Source of the DNA: an uncultured Verrucomicrobiota bacterium
GTDB taxonomy: Bacteria; Verrucomicrobiota; Verrucomicrobiia; Palsa-1439
NCBI GenBank assembly: GCA_964566575.1
Contig: CAZMKD010000147.1
Location: 13,001-77,000, forward strand
Direction: 5' to 3'
DNA: 64,000 bases
In this document: positions 9,366-20,263 of the stretch, piece by piece
How positions within the stretch are numbered: position 1 is the stretch's first letter
Layout: every line of letters starts with the position of its first letter
Made by a program: the position numbers and the translations under genes
The notes under the pieces: model-generated
Databases searched by the model: none
What the model saw: the letters and a program-made list of their open reading frames with translations, nothing else
Told to the model about the DNA's origin: nothing

Positions 9366-9953
9366 GTGATGCAACTACGGAAACTTCTTATACTGGGAGC
9401 GCTGACGGCCATGGGAATCAACACGCATGCGGGTGACACACACTGCGCCACGTTTGGCGGAGGCTGTTTCTGGTGCCTAGAAGCGGTCTTCGAACGTGTC
9501 GAAGGCGTAAAATCGGTCGCCTCCGGCTACGCCGGCGGCCTCATGCCGAACCCGACGTACAAAGACGTCTGCAACGAAGACACCGGCCACGCCGAGGTCA
9601 TCCAAATCGAATTCGATCCCGGCAAGCTCACCTACGATCAACTCCTCGAAGTCTTCTGGGCCGCGCACGACCCGACGACCTTGAACCGGCAAGGCGCGGA
9701 CGCCGGGACGCAATACCGGTCGATTATCCTTTATCAAAACGACGCCCAGAAGGCCGCCGCCGAGAAGTCGAAGGCCGCGGCGCAAAAGGAATTTGGCGGG
9801 AAAGTTGTGACCGACATTAGACCGCTCACGAAGTTCTACCCCGCCGAGGGCTATCATCAAGATTACTACCGGAACAACACGCACGCCCCGTACTGCATGA
9901 TGGTCATCACGCCCAAGCTCAAGAAACTCGAAGCCAAAGGTGTGATCAAGTAA
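9366..9953 (+). CDS. msrA: peptide methionine sulfoxide reductase MsrA (secreted)
   Basis: GGGCFWCLEAVF active-site motif, with a signal peptide. Confidence 0.9.
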   Translation: MMQLRKLLILGALTAMGINTHAGDTHCATFGGGCFWCLEAVFERVEGVKSVASGYAGGLMPNPTYKDVCNEDTGHAEVIQIEFDPGKLTYDQLLEVFWAAHDPTTLNRQGADAGTQYRSIILYQNDAQKAAAEKSKAAAQKEFGGKVVTDIRPLTKFYPAEGYHQDYYRNNTHAPYCMMVITPKLKKLEAKGVIK

Positions 9954-10761
9954 CAATCGTGTGCAGGTCGCGCAAGGTCTTCAGCAGACTCTTCACTTGC
10001 GAAAGCGGTAACTGATTCGCCGCGTCGCTTTTTGCTCTGGCAGGATTCGGATGCGCTTCAAGGAAGATGCCATCGCAGCCGGCCGCCACCGCGGCGCGGG
10101 CAAGTACCGGCGCCATGCGCCGGTCACCGCTGGTGTAACCGCCCGCGCCCGGCATCTGGACGCTGTGTGTGGCGTCGAACACGACCGGGTAGCCGAGTCC
10201 GCGCATGATAGCCAAGCCGCGCATGTCCACGACGAGATTGTTGTAGCCGAATGACGAGCCGCGCTCGGTGAGCATAATGTTGCGGTTGCCGGTGTCGGTG
10301 ATCTTGGCGACGGCGTGCTGCGCTTCGGTCGGCGCAAGGAACTGGCCCTTCTTCACATTGATGCAACGCTTCGTGCGCGCGGCGGCTTGAATGAGATCGG
10401 TCTGTCGGCACAGAAACGCTGGTATTTGCAACACGTCGCATATTTCGGCCGCCGGTTTGCAGTGAGCGATCTCATGAACGTCAGTCAGAATCGGCACGCC
10501 AAACTTTCGTTTCACTTTCTCAAGGACAGCGAGCCCGCGCTTCAGACCCGGTCCGCGAAAGCTGTCTCCTGCAGTCCGGTTAGCTTTGTCGAAGCTGCAT
10601 TTGAAAATGAAGGGCAACCGCAAGTCGTCGCAAATGCCGGCGAGCGCCTCGACCGTGCGCATCACCATCGTTTCGTTTTCGATGACGCACGCCCCGGCGA
10701 TGACGAACAGCGGGGCACGCTCGCCGCCGAGAGTGAGTTTGCCTGCGTGGATGGTTTTCAT
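9946..10761 (-). CDS. kdsA: 3-deoxy-8-phosphooctulonate synthase
   Basis: 271 aa. The KdsA/DAHP-synthase fold motifs [15 protein letters not shown] and [13 protein letters not shown] are present. Confidence 0.9.
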   Translation of the reverse strand: MKTIHAGKLTLGGERAPLFVIAGACVIENETMVMRTVEALAGICDDLRLPFIFKCSFDKANRTAGDSFRGPGLKRGLAVLEKVKRKFGVPILTDVHEIAHCKPAAEICDVLQIPAFLCRQTDLIQAAARTKRCINVKKGQFLAPTEAQHAVAKITDTGNRNIMLTERGSSFGYNNLVVDMRGLAIMRGLGYPVVFDATHSVQMPGAGGYTSGDRRMAPVLARAAVAAGCDGIFLEAHPNPARAKSDAANQLPLSQVKSLLKTLRDLHTIVT

Positions 10762-12335
10762 GTCTTGAGCGCGGCTTCGATGAAACCGCGAAAGAGAGGG
10801 TGCGCCTTGTCGGGTTTCGAGAGGAACTCAGGATGAAACTGACAGGCGATGAACCAAGGATGATCACGCAATTCGATCAGTTCGACGAGATCGTGTTTCG
10901 CATACAGCCCGGCCACCGTCAGGCCTGCTTTCATCAGTTGATCCCGGTACGTGTTGTTGAATTCGTATCGGTGGCGATGACGCTCGCGGATTTCGTCCGC
11001 GCCGTAAAGCTCCCGCGTCTTGGTGCCGGCGACGAGTTTGCACGGCTGCGCGCCGAGCCGCATCGTGCCGCCTTTAGCCTCGACGCCTTTCTGTTCTTCG
11101 AGCAGGCAGATGATGGGGTGGGGTGATTGCGGGTCGAACTCCGTGGAGTTCGCGCCGTCCAGACCGCAGACGTTGCGTGCGAACTCGATGACGGCGATCT
11201 GCATGCCGAGGCAAATGCCGAAGTACGGAATCTTCTTCTCGCGCGAGTACTGCGCCGCGAGAATCTTGCCTTCGATGCCCCGGCCCCCGAAACCGCCGGG
11301 CACGAGGATGCCAGCGAGGCCGGCGAAGTCGCCGATGTTCTCCGCGTCCACGCGCACGATTTCCACGGCGGCGTCGTTCGCGGCGCCGGCATGTTTAATC
11401 GCTTCGTACAAACTCTTGTACGCGTCCTGCAACTGGATGTACTTACCGACGACACCAATCGTGACCTTTCGCTTCGGCTCGATCATGCGCTTGAGCATTT
11501 GCTCCCAGTCGGTCATCGGCTTCGGCGGAGCGTCGAGAGCAAGATGCCGGCAGACGAGCTCGTCGAGTTTCTCGGCCCGCAAGTCGACCGGGACTTCGTA
11601 GACGGAATGTGCGACATCGAGTTCCTCAATGACGCATTCGGGATACACGTTGCAGAACATCGAAATCTTCTGGCGCACCTCCGCGCTGAGCACCTTCTCG
11701 CTCCGGCAAATCAGGATGTGCGGTTGGATGCCGATCTCGCGGAGCTTGGCGACGCTCTGCTGCGTCGGCTTGGTCTTGATCTCGCCGGCGACGCGAATGA
11801 ACGGCACGAGCGTCACGTGGATGAACAGCGAGTTCTGCGCGCCCGCTTCGAGTGCGAATTGCCGGATGGCTTCGAGGAACGGCAGCCCTTCAATGTCGCC
11901 AATCGTGCCGCCGATTTCGATGATGACGACGTCCGCGCCACTCTTCACGGCGATTTCGCGGATGCGCGTCTTGATTTCGTCGGTGACATGCGGGATGACT
12001 TGCACGGTCTTGCCGAGGTAATCACCGCGACGTTCTTTCTCGATGATCCGGGCGTACACCTGACCGGATGTGAGATTGTTGAGCCGCGTCAGCGTCGCGT
12101 GTGTAAACCGCTCATAATGGCCGAGGTCGAGGTCGGTCTCCGCGCCGTCGTCGGTCACGTAGACTTCGCCGTGCTGGAACGGGCTCATCGTGCCGGGGTC
12201 GACGTTGAGATACGGATCGAATTTCGCAAGCGTGACTTTCAGCCCGCGATTCTCCAGCAACGTGCCGAGCGAGGCGGCGGTCAGCCCCTTGCCAAGCGAA
12301 CTGATCACGCCGCCGGTGACGAAGATGTATTTCAT
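10758..12335 (-). CDS. pyrG: CTP synthase
   Basis: 525 aa. [17 protein letters not shown] at the N-terminus and the glutamine-amidotransferase region GICLGMQ. Confidence 0.95.
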   Translation of the reverse strand: MKYIFVTGGVISSLGKGLTAASLGTLLENRGLKVTLAKFDPYLNVDPGTMSPFQHGEVYVTDDGAETDLDLGHYERFTHATLTRLNNLTSGQVYARIIEKERRGDYLGKTVQVIPHVTDEIKTRIREIAVKSGADVVIIEIGGTIGDIEGLPFLEAIRQFALEAGAQNSLFIHVTLVPFIRVAGEIKTKPTQQSVAKLREIGIQPHILICRSEKVLSAEVRQKISMFCNVYPECVIEELDVAHSVYEVPVDLRAEKLDELVCRHLALDAPPKPMTDWEQMLKRMIEPKRKVTIGVVGKYIQLQDAYKSLYEAIKHAGAANDAAVEIVRVDAENIGDFAGLAGILVPGGFGGRGIEGKILAAQYSREKKIPYFGICLGMQIAVIEFARNVCGLDGANSTEFDPQSPHPIICLLEEQKGVEAKGGTMRLGAQPCKLVAGTKTRELYGADEIRERHRHRYEFNNTYRDQLMKAGLTVAGLYAKHDLVELIELRDHPWFIACQFHPEFLSKPDKAHPLFRGFIEAALKT

Positions 12336-13066
12336 TGCGCCCGCAATATCTCCTCGACCAACTGGGCGTCTTCCGGACGGTCCACACCGATGGAATCGTG
12401 CGGCGTGATCCAGACCTTGACGCCGAACCCATTATCGAGCGCGCGCAATTGTTCGAGCTTTTCTGTCTTCTCCAACTCCGAGGGCGGGAGCTGGACGAAT
12501 TTCATCAGGAAATCGCGCCGGTACGCGTAAATGCCCAGATGTTTGTAAAAGGTCGTGGCGTCACCGGGGTCGCGCACGAACGGAATCTGGCTGCGCGAAA
12601 AATACAGCGCGTTGCCGGTCTTGCCGATGACTACTTTGACGATGTTGGGATTCGTGAGTTGATCCGGGGCGTTGATCTTGCGGGCCAACGTTCCCATCAC
12701 GCAGCCAGGATCGCTCTGCATGCCTTCGATGAGCTGATCGATCATCTCCGGCCGCATCAACGGCTCGTCGCCCTGAATGTTGAGCACTAGTTCGCAGTCG
12801 AACGCCCGCGCGACTTCGGCGACCCGATCGGTGCCCGTCGCGCACTCGGGCGAGGTGAGCATTGCGTCGCCACCGTAGCTCTCGACGGCTTCAAGGATGC
12901 GCGTGTCTTCCGTCGCGACGACGACCTTGTCGACGCGTGTGGCCTTGGCGGCTTGCTCGTAAACACGCTGAACGAGCGTCTTACCGGCGATCAACGCTAG
13001 CGGCTTGCCGGGAAACCGTTGCGCGCCGTACCGGGCGGGAATCACGCCGAGCGTTCGCACTTTCAT
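12332..13066 (-). CDS. kdsB: 3-deoxy-manno-octulosonate cytidylyltransferase
   Basis: [16 protein letters not shown] followed by NIQGDEP. The start is assigned at [12 protein letters not shown]. Confidence 0.9.
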   Translation of the reverse strand: MKVRTLGVIPARYGAQRFPGKPLALIAGKTLVQRVYEQAAKATRVDKVVVATEDTRILEAVESYGGDAMLTSPECATGTDRVAEVARAFDCELVLNIQGDEPLMRPEMIDQLIEGMQSDPGCVMGTLARKINAPDQLTNPNIVKVVIGKTGNALYFSRSQIPFVRDPGDATTFYKHLGIYAYRRDFLMKFVQLPPSELEKTEKLEQLRALDNGFGVKVWITPHDSIGVDRPEDAQLVEEILRAQ

Positions 13067-13122
13067 GGTGTTGAGTGTAACAGAATGAGCGCAGCTGACA
13101 AGCATCGGCGCGCTGCGGTAGA

Positions 13123-13437
13123 ATGACTGGAGTGAAGAACGATTCGTTCAAGGACTTCGTAGCCGAGCAACTGGCCGGCGTTCCCGATTTGAGCTGTCGG
13201 GCGATGTTTGGCGGCTATGGGCTGTACTCGGGCGAGAAATTCTTCGGCATCATCCACCGCGACACCCTCTACTTCAAAACCGATCGACAAACTGTCGGCG
13301 ACTTCATCGAGGCCGGAATGAAGCCGTTTCGTCCAAACAGGAAGCAGACATTGAAGAGCTACTACGAAGTCCCCGCCGACGTGCTCGAAGACCGGACCGT
13401 GCTCGTGGAATGGGCCGGAAAGGCGACTGCTGCCTGA
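13123..13437 (+). CDS. TfoX N-terminal domain protein
   Basis: 104 aa. Carries RAMFGGYGLYSGEKFFGII, the TfoX_N signature. Confidence 0.7.
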   Translation: MTGVKNDSFKDFVAEQLAGVPDLSCRAMFGGYGLYSGEKFFGIIHRDTLYFKTDRQTVGDFIEAGMKPFRPNRKQTLKSYYEVPADVLEDRTVLVEWAGKATAA

Positions 13438-13510
13438 ACCGCGCTTTTGTCCTCGACATTTCAAGCGTTTTCAGGCAGAAAACACGGTCAAAGGAGGTGG
13501 ATTCTCCACC

Positions 13511-14443
13511 ATGCAGAAGAAGGCTTTGGGCAGGGGACTGGACTCTCTTATCAGCGGCGGTTTTGTCGCAACTGTTGCTGTCGAACCACCACACGCGCCG
13601 GTCGCGGTGCGCCCGCTCGGCTCGCCGGTCGCGCCGGACAACGGCGACGGTGTCAGGCATTTGGACGTCGCCGACATTGACCGCAGCCGGTTTCAGCCGC
13701 GCACGGAGTTTGATCCCGGACAACTCCGCGAGTTAGCGGACTCGATCAAACAACGCGGAGTGATGCAGCCGTTGCTGGTCCGGCCTCTCAACGGAACCAG
13801 CCGCTTCGAGTTGATTGCCGGCGAACGTCGCTGGCGCGCGGCCCGCGAAGCCGGACTGACGAAGATACCGGCGTTGGTGCGCGAAGCCAGCGATCAGGAA
13901 GCACTTGAGATCGCGCTCATTGAAAACCTCCAGCGTGAGGACCTCAACCCGATCGAAGAAGCGCGCGCGTACGAGCAGTTGGCGACGCAGTTCAAGCTGA
14001 CACAGGAGCAGATCGCTGAGAAGGTCGGACGCAACCGGGCGACGGTCGCCAATGCGATGCGATTGCTGGGGTTACCGGTCGATGTGTTGTCGTGGGTCGC
14101 AGATAATCGGCTGACTGTCGGCCACGCCAAGGCGATTCTGGGGTTGACGATTGCGGAAGAGCAGAGGCTCGTCGCCGAGCGTGTGCTGAAGCGTAATCTC
14201 ACCGTCCGCGAGACGGAACAGCTCGTCGAGCAACTCAAGGGCGATACGAAGGTCCGGTCGCGGGCGTTGGGCGGGCCGGCAAAATCACCGCACATTCTGG
14301 TCATCGAAGAGAAGCTCCGGCAGAAGCTCGGCACGCATGTGAACGTGCAGCACGGCAAAAAGAAGGGCCGCATCGAGATCGAATACTACGGCAACGACGA
14401 CTTGGCACGCTTGCTCGGTATCTTTGGAGTTGAAAATCTCTGA
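13511..14443 (+). CDS. parB: ParB/Spo0J-family partition protein
   Basis: GRGLDSLI at the N-terminus and LIAGERRWRAAREAGL (the ParB box). A strong SD sequence AAAGGAGG lies upstream. Confidence 0.85.
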   Translation: MQKKALGRGLDSLISGGFVATVAVEPPHAPVAVRPLGSPVAPDNGDGVRHLDVADIDRSRFQPRTEFDPGQLRELADSIKQRGVMQPLLVRPLNGTSRFELIAGERRWRAAREAGLTKIPALVREASDQEALEIALIENLQREDLNPIEEARAYEQLATQFKLTQEQIAEKVGRNRATVANAMRLLGLPVDVLSWVADNRLTVGHAKAILGLTIAEEQRLVAERVLKRNLTVRETEQLVEQLKGDTKVRSRALGGPAKSPHILVIEEKLRQKLGTHVNVQHGKKKGRIEIEYYGNDDLARLLGIFGVENL

Positions 14444-14465
14444 GCGGTCTGAAACCGTCTGACGT

Positions 14466-15581
14466 GTGAACACGCCAGACCGCCAGCACCGCGCCAAGCG
14501 CTACGAGGCGATTCACAACGGCCTCTTTGTTGTGGAGGCGGGTTACTCCGCTACTTTGCTGGTGACGTTCCTGCTGACTGGTGCGTCGGATTTTCTCGCG
14601 GACTCGTCTCGCACCGTTTCGTCGAACCCATGGCTCGCAACGGCGGTGTATGCCGGCGTCGTGTCCGTGGCGGCGAAACTGTTGTTTCTTCCGCTGAACT
14701 TCTGCGGCGATTTTTATCTCGAACATCGGTTCGGACTCTCCAACGAATCGCTGGGCCGGTGGGCCGTGGATGAAGTAAAATCGCTCGCCTTGAACATCGT
14801 GCTCGGTGTGGTCGTGCTCGATGTCGTGTACTTCCTGTTGCGTCGGGCCGGGGACTGGTGGTGGGTCGGCGCCGGTATCTTTTCCCTGCTGTTTAGCGTC
14901 GTCCTCTCGACGATCTTTCCGGTGCTGATCCTGCCGTTGTTCTACAAACTGCAACCGCTGGAAAACGAATCGCTCAAGCAAAAGCTCGTGACGCTCGCGC
15001 AACGAGTCGGGGCGAGAGTGCTCGGTGTGTACCGGATGGGCATGAGCGAGAAGACGAAGAAGGCCAACGCCGCCTTTGCCGGCCTCGGTGCGACTAAACG
15101 CATCATTCTTGGCGACACGTTGCTCGATAGTTTTGCCGAAGACGAAATCGAAGTGGTCATGGCGCACGAGATGGCGCACTACAAACACGGCGACATCACC
15201 AAGCTGCTCGTGTGGAGCACGGCGACGACGTTTGTCGGTCTCTGGCTCGCGGACAAGGGGCTGCGGGCCGGCCTGCAGCATTTCGGCTTCACCGAGATCA
15301 GCGATCTCGGCGCGTTTCCGTTGCTGGCGTTGTGTTTGTTTGTGTTCGGTCTCGTGGCGATGCCGGTCAACAATGCATTCTCGCGCTGGCGGGAGCGGCT
15401 GGCGGACCACGAAGCGTTGGCGCTCACAGAAAATCCGGACGGTTTTGTCCGCGCGATGCGCAAGCTCGCGGATCAGAATCTCGCGGATCTCTCACCGCAT
15501 CCGGCCGTGGAATTCCTGCTGCACGATCATCCTTCGCTGGCGCGGCGCATTTCCTGGGCGGAGCAATGGCAACGAAGCTGA
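14466..15581 (+). CDS. M48 family metallopeptidase (Ste24/HtpX-like)
   Basis: Multi-TM N-terminus plus the HEMAHYKHGD zinc motif. Probable GTG start. Confidence 0.85.
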   Translation: MNTPDRQHRAKRYEAIHNGLFVVEAGYSATLLVTFLLTGASDFLADSSRTVSSNPWLATAVYAGVVSVAAKLLFLPLNFCGDFYLEHRFGLSNESLGRWAVDEVKSLALNIVLGVVVLDVVYFLLRRAGDWWWVGAGIFSLLFSVVLSTIFPVLILPLFYKLQPLENESLKQKLVTLAQRVGARVLGVYRMGMSEKTKKANAAFAGLGATKRIILGDTLLDSFAEDEIEVVMAHEMAHYKHGDITKLLVWSTATTFVGLWLADKGLRAGLQHFGFTEISDLGAFPLLALCLFVFGLVAMPVNNAFSRWRERLADHEALALTENPDGFVRAMRKLADQNLADLSPHPAVEFLLHDHPSLARRISWAEQWQRS

Positions 15582-16486
15582 GCCCGGCATTGCTCCTGAC
15601 AATCCTGCTGGCCGGCTGTGGTCGAAACCCGGCGCCGGAGATTCAGTGGCGCATGTTCAGCGGCGAGCGCGCCTATTCACAGGCCCAGAAGATCGTCGAC
15701 TTCGGCCCGCGACCCAGCGGCAGCCCGGCGCTGGCGCGGTTGACGGTCTCGCTGACCACGCAATTGCAGGAGTACGGATTGGCAGCCGACGAGCAGACGT
15801 TCATCGCGCCCACGCCGCGCGGCCCAGTGCAGTTTCGCAATCTCGTCGCCCGGACCCGCGGCGCACGCGGGGGCCCCGGCCAGGTTATCCTCATCGGCGC
15901 GCACTACGACACGAAGTGGATGACCAATACAACGTTCGTCGGCGCCAACGATGGCGCGTCGGGGGCGGCGGTGTTGCTGGAGATGGCGCGCGTGGCGTCG
16001 ACGCAGCCGAATTTGTGGTTCGTGTTCTTCGATGGCGAAGAGGCGACGCGCGAGTATGCCGAGGAGGACGGTCTGCACGGCAGCCGGTTCTTCGTCGAGG
16101 AACTAAAAGCCTCCGGCAGAATCAATTGGGTGAAGGCCATGGTCCTGCTCGACATGGTGGGTGACGCGCGCCTCAACATCAGCATGCCGGTCAACAGCGA
16201 CCCGAAGCTGGTCGAGCAAGTGTTCGAGGCGGCGCGCGATGCGGGCCACCGGGACTATTTTAGTTATGGCAAGAGCGAGATAGTGGACGATCACCTCCCC
16301 TTCCTGCGTGCCGGCATCCCGGCCGTGAACTTGATCGATTTTGAGTACGGAAGCGCACCGGGATTGAACGACTACTGGCACACCGGCCGGGATACGATGG
16401 ATAAAATCGTCCCGCGCAGCCTTGAGATTACTGGCCAGACGGCCTTACGACTGATTTCCCGCCTGAAAACCGTCGCCCCGCATTGA
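15566..16486 (+). CDS. M28 family peptidase lipoprotein
   Basis: Lipobox LLAGC, then ILIGAHYDTK...GANDGASGAAVLLEMAR and FVFFDGEE (M28 metal ligands). It overlaps the M48 gene end by about 16 nt. Confidence 0.8.
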   Translation: MATKLSPALLLTILLAGCGRNPAPEIQWRMFSGERAYSQAQKIVDFGPRPSGSPALARLTVSLTTQLQEYGLAADEQTFIAPTPRGPVQFRNLVARTRGARGGPGQVILIGAHYDTKWMTNTTFVGANDGASGAAVLLEMARVASTQPNLWFVFFDGEEATREYAEEDGLHGSRFFVEELKASGRINWVKAMVLLDMVGDARLNISMPVNSDPKLVEQVFEAARDAGHRDYFSYGKSEIVDDHLPFLRAGIPAVNLIDFEYGSAPGLNDYWHTGRDTMDKIVPRSLEITGQTALRLISRLKTVAPH

Positions 16487-16553
16487 ACCGGCCTGCCGTC
16501 TGCTCTACTCTGTGAATGGGCACCCGACGGGGGCGACCCACGGACGGAACATC

Positions 16554-18524
16554 ATGGACAAGCTGCAAGTGCTGACGAACGTCCCGCTGCTGGCCGGTCT
16601 CGGGGAAGAGTTGATGAAAGGGATGGCCGAGCGGGCGGGATTCGTCACGATTAAGAAGGGCGAACTGGTCTTTCGCGAGAACGATCCAGGGGATGCCCTC
16701 TATGCCGTCGTTACCGGCCGTCTGCAAGCCTACACCCGGCTCAGCAGCGGCCGCGAGCGTGTCTTCGCCACGTACTGCAATGGCGATTGTTTCGGTGAGA
16801 TGCCGCTGTTGTCCGGCGAAACACAATGGGCCAGCGTCCGCGCCCTCAACGACTCCGTCCTGTTGCGAATTCCCCGGGAAGACTTCGACGCCGTCGTCAA
16901 CCGCGATCCGCGCGTAGCCGTCGGCTTCACGCGTCGGCTCGCGCATCGTGTCAAGGAACTCCGTGCGGAAAAGAATCGCGCCAAGACCAGCAACATCATC
17001 GCGCTCTACAGCGCGGTGCCTGGTGCCGGCAAGACGCTACTGGCGACCAACCTTGTCGCCAGCCTCGCGCACGAAACGGCTGAGCCGGTCCTGTTGCTGG
17101 ATTTCAGCGGCCAGCAACGAGGCGAACCGTTGGCGGCCTGTGAGCGGATCGTCAGTCAGCCGAGCGCGCCATTGGACGGACTGGTGGTGCACACGCCGCT
17201 CGGCTACGACCGGCTCAATCTGACGATGCGGGGCGACGAACGCGAAGCTCCGTTGATCGCGCCACTGTTCGGCCGGTTGGTCAAACACTACGACTACGTG
17301 CTGGTCGATCTGCCGAACGAAGCGTCCGCGTCGACGATGGAATGTCTGCTGCAGGCCGATCAGGTTTACATCATTGCCCGGAGCGAAGAGGAACACCTGC
17401 ACCGGACCCGGTTGCTGTTGGACGACCTGCGTTCCCGCCGTCTTGGTGTCACGCCGAAGGCGCGCGTGATCCTCACTGCCGTCAGTGAAACCTGCGCGCC
17501 AACCGTCGAGGAATCGGAACGCAAGGTCGGTCAAGACATCAGTCATCTGCTGCGTTGGATACCGGAGACCGACATCATCGAGTCTGTGGACGGCGTGCCG
17601 TTCGTGTTGCGCCGTCCGATGGAAGCATACAGCCTCGTGGTGCGCCGCATGGCGCGCGAGCTGGGCAACGCGCTTGTCGGCCTCGCGCTCGGCACCGGCG
17701 CGGCACGCGGCTTGGGACACATCGGCGTCATCCGCGTTCTGGAGCGCGAGGGCTTGGCGGTGGACGTCGTGGCCGGCAGTTCGATGGGCGCGCTGGTCGG
17801 CGCAGCGTGGGCCGTCGGCAAATCGGCCGACGAGATGGAGCAGCTGGCGCTGCAGGTCAAGGGGCGACGAGCGTTCCTGCGATTGCTCGACCCGGTGTTC
17901 CCGGGATCGGGCTTCATCCGCGGCCTGAAAGTGCAGGAATTTCTGCACGGGATCGTGGACGAACTGACGTTTGCCGACACGCTCATCCCGCTCAAGATTA
18001 TCGCCAGCGATCTGAACACGATGGAAGAAATCGTCTTCGAGCACGGTCGGCTGCTCGATGCGATCCGCGCGAGCATTTCGATCCCCGGCGTCTTCCGTCC
18101 CGTCGCCAACAACGGCCACGTTCTCATCGACGGCGGCATCACCGACCCCGTGCCAGTCGACGTGCTGGTTCGTTCGGGGGTCACCAAGATCATCGCGGTC
18201 AACACCATCCCCAATGTGGACGAGATGAAACATCGGGCCTTGGTGCGCAGCGAGATGAAATCTGCGAAACGCGGCGAACCGGTTCGCGAAATCGGCCCGG
18301 TCGTCGAGACACCCACCAGCATCATCAACGTGTATATGCGCTCGATGCATGTAATGCAATCGCGCATGGCCGAGGAAGCCTGCACGCGCGCCGACGTGGT
18401 CCTGCGCCCGATTGTGGTTGGAGGCGTGTGGTACGATTTCTATCATCCCGAGAAGTATATTCGGGCGGGCGAACAAGCGGCCGAGGAAGCATTGCCGAAG
18501 TTGAAGGAGTTGATGCGCGCATGA
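16554..18524 (+). CDS. cyclic-nucleotide-binding domain / degenerate ParA-MinD-like domain / patatin-like phospholipase fusion protein
   Basis: A cNMP domain (GDCFGEMPLL), then IIALYSAVPGAGKTLLATNLV...YVLVDLP (a deviant P-loop), then patatin motifs GTGAARGLGHIGV, GSSMGA and DGG. The ORF opens at 16512 (GTG), but the start is placed at MDKLQ. Confidence 0.8.
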   Translation: MDKLQVLTNVPLLAGLGEELMKGMAERAGFVTIKKGELVFRENDPGDALYAVVTGRLQAYTRLSSGRERVFATYCNGDCFGEMPLLSGETQWASVRALNDSVLLRIPREDFDAVVNRDPRVAVGFTRRLAHRVKELRAEKNRAKTSNIIALYSAVPGAGKTLLATNLVASLAHETAEPVLLLDFSGQQRGEPLAACERIVSQPSAPLDGLVVHTPLGYDRLNLTMRGDEREAPLIAPLFGRLVKHYDYVLVDLPNEASASTMECLLQADQVYIIARSEEEHLHRTRLLLDDLRSRRLGVTPKARVILTAVSETCAPTVEESERKVGQDISHLLRWIPETDIIESVDGVPFVLRRPMEAYSLVVRRMARELGNALVGLALGTGAARGLGHIGVIRVLEREGLAVDVVAGSSMGALVGAAWAVGKSADEMEQLALQVKGRRAFLRLLDPVFPGSGFIRGLKVQEFLHGIVDELTFADTLIPLKIIASDLNTMEEIVFEHGRLLDAIRASISIPGVFRPVANNGHVLIDGGITDPVPVDVLVRSGVTKIIAVNTIPNVDEMKHRALVRSEMKSAKRGEPVREIGPVVETPTSIINVYMRSMHVMQSRMAEEACTRADVVLRPIVVGGVWYDFYHPEKYIRAGEQAAEEALPKLKELMRA

Positions 18525-18552
18525 AACTTAATTCTATTGTGGGAGCGTCGCG

Positions 18553-19986
18553 ATGAAATGGGATGAGATACCGGCGACCGAACAGCGCCGGCTACAAAAC
18601 GAGAAGCTGCACCGGTATCTCACCGAGGTCGTCGCGCCGTTCAGTCCGTACTACCGGAAGTTTGATCTCGGTAGGATCAAGACCGTCGAAGACCTCCGGC
18701 ATCTGCCGTTCACCACCAAAACCGATCTGCTGCCGACCTCTGAGCAGCCGGAAAAATTCCGCGAGTTCATCATCACGCCGGACATCACCGTACTCAAACA
18801 CCGGCCGCGCGTCATGGCCGAAGCCATGTTTCGCGGCCGGCGCGCCGTCGAGCGCCGGTTCGAGCGCGAGTACCGGCCGATCTTTCTCACCGCGACCACC
18901 GGTCGGAGTTCGTCCCCGGTCGCTTTCGCGTACACCGAGCATGACATGCACAATCTCCGCGAAACCGGCGCGCGACTGATCCAGACTTTTGGCTGCACCA
19001 CCAAGATGCGCGGGGTGAACATGTTTCCGTACGCGCCACATCTGGCTTTCTGGCAGGTCGTGTTTGCCGGGCTGGAGTTCGGGATGCTCATTCTCAGTAC
19101 CGGCGGCGGCAAAGTCATGGGCACGGACGGCAACATCCACGCGATCGAAAAGATCAAACCCGAAGCGCTCGCCGGCATCCCGACGTTCGTCTATCACGTC
19201 ATCCGTCAGGCCCACGAAGAAGGCCGGCGTTGGCCGCAAGTCAGCAAAATCATTCTCGGCGGCGAAAAATCTCCGCAAGGCATCCGGCGCAAGATTGTTA
19301 GTCTGTTGCAGGAAATGGGTGCCGGTGATGTCCGCGTCTGCAGCACGTATGGATTCACGGAGTCGCGCACCGCGTGGGGCGAATGCCCGCCGCCGCCCGG
19401 CGAATGGAGCGGCTATCATCTGTTCCCGGACCTCGGTATCTTCGAAGTCATTGACCCGATCACGAGCGAAGTGAAAGGGGAGGGAGAGCCGGGCGAGTTG
19501 GTTTACACGCCACTCGATGCGCGCGGCACCGTCGTGCTGCGTTACCGGACGGGCGACTATGTGGACGGCGGTCTCACGTGGGAACCGTGCCCGCATTGCG
19601 GCCGAACCGTGCCTCGCATCGTGGGCGGCATCGGTCGCGCGAGCAACACGAAAGAACTGCAGTTCGGGAAACTCAAGGGCACACTCGTCAACTTCGACAC
19701 CCTCCAACACATCCTCGACGACTCGTCCGATGTCAGCGAATGGCAACTCGAAATCCGCAAAGCCCATGACGATCCGCACGACGTGGACGAGCTTGTGCTA
19801 CACATCGCGCCCGACAACGGCGCAAACGTTGACCGCCTGAAGGACAAGATCCGGCAGCGCTTCCAGACAGAAGTCGAGGTCACGCCCAACCGCATCGAAG
19901 TTCATTCGCTCGATGATATGCTGCGCCGCATCAAGCTGGAAACCAGCCTCAAAGAAGTCCGTATTCTCGACGCCCGGCCGAAGTAA
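18553..19986 (+). CDS. phenylacetate-CoA ligase family (PaaK-like) adenylate-forming enzyme
   Basis: 477 aa. PaaK-like architecture with ...TTGRSSSPV..., YGFTES and GEPGELVYT. Confidence 0.8.
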   Translation: MKWDEIPATEQRRLQNEKLHRYLTEVVAPFSPYYRKFDLGRIKTVEDLRHLPFTTKTDLLPTSEQPEKFREFIITPDITVLKHRPRVMAEAMFRGRRAVERRFEREYRPIFLTATTGRSSSPVAFAYTEHDMHNLRETGARLIQTFGCTTKMRGVNMFPYAPHLAFWQVVFAGLEFGMLILSTGGGKVMGTDGNIHAIEKIKPEALAGIPTFVYHVIRQAHEEGRRWPQVSKIILGGEKSPQGIRRKIVSLLQEMGAGDVRVCSTYGFTESRTAWGECPPPPGEWSGYHLFPDLGIFEVIDPITSEVKGEGEPGELVYTPLDARGTVVLRYRTGDYVDGGLTWEPCPHCGRTVPRIVGGIGRASNTKELQFGKLKGTLVNFDTLQHILDDSSDVSEWQLEIRKAHDDPHDVDELVLHIAPDNGANVDRLKDKIRQRFQTEVEVTPNRIEVHSLDDMLRRIKLETSLKEVRILDARPK

Positions 19987-19992
19987 TTCGAT

Positions 19993-20053
19993 TGTGGGAG
20001 CGCCCTTCCGGGCGCGATTCCCCACCGGTCGCGCCCGGAAGGGCGCTCCTACA
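19993..20053. repeat. REPIN (inverted REP doublet) copy A
   Basis: TGTGGGAGCGCCCTTCCGGGCGCGA, a 12-nt spacer, then TCGCGCCCGGAAGGGCGCTCCTACA. Each arm contains the internal palindrome GCGCCC-TTCC-GGGCGC. Confidence 0.85.
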
Positions 20054-20075
20054 GAATCTCAACGGTATCTCTAGA

Positions 20076-20260
20076 TCAGCCGCGTTTATAGATTTCGCGG
20101 CGGTTGCCAACGTAGTGAAGGTAGAGGCGTCCTTGACTCACGTCGAATTCGTAGAGGATTCGATAATCTCCCACGCGCAGCTTGCATTCCGCACGACCAG
20201 TCAGGCGTTTGTGTGGATACCCCCAACGTAGCAAATGACCGGTGAGTTGCAACGTCTGTC
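20076..20260 (-). pseudogene. RelE/ParE-family toxin, N-terminally truncated remnant
   Basis: Hand translation gives LTGHLLRWGYPHKRLTGRAECKLRVGDYRILYEFDVSQGRLYLHYVGNRREIYKRG*, the conserved RelE/ParE C-terminal core. There is no start codon, about 30 aa are missing from the N-terminus, and no antitoxin gene is present. Confidence 0.6.
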
Positions 20261-20263
20261 TTT

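Noticed and set aside
7725-9374. A 549-aa minus-strand ORF
   Set aside because: It is antisense to the U32 peptidase, the secreted helical protein and msrA. The Arg/Gly/Pro-rich low-complexity translation is typical of spurious high-GC ORFs, and many similar cases (17037..18476, 18592..19779, 21244..22191, 47301..48470, 48422..49291 and others) were dismissed for the same reason.
13437-14466. A search for parS (TGTTTCACGTGAAACA-like) near the orphan parB
   Set aside because: No convincing palindrome matching the consensus was seen in or around parB.
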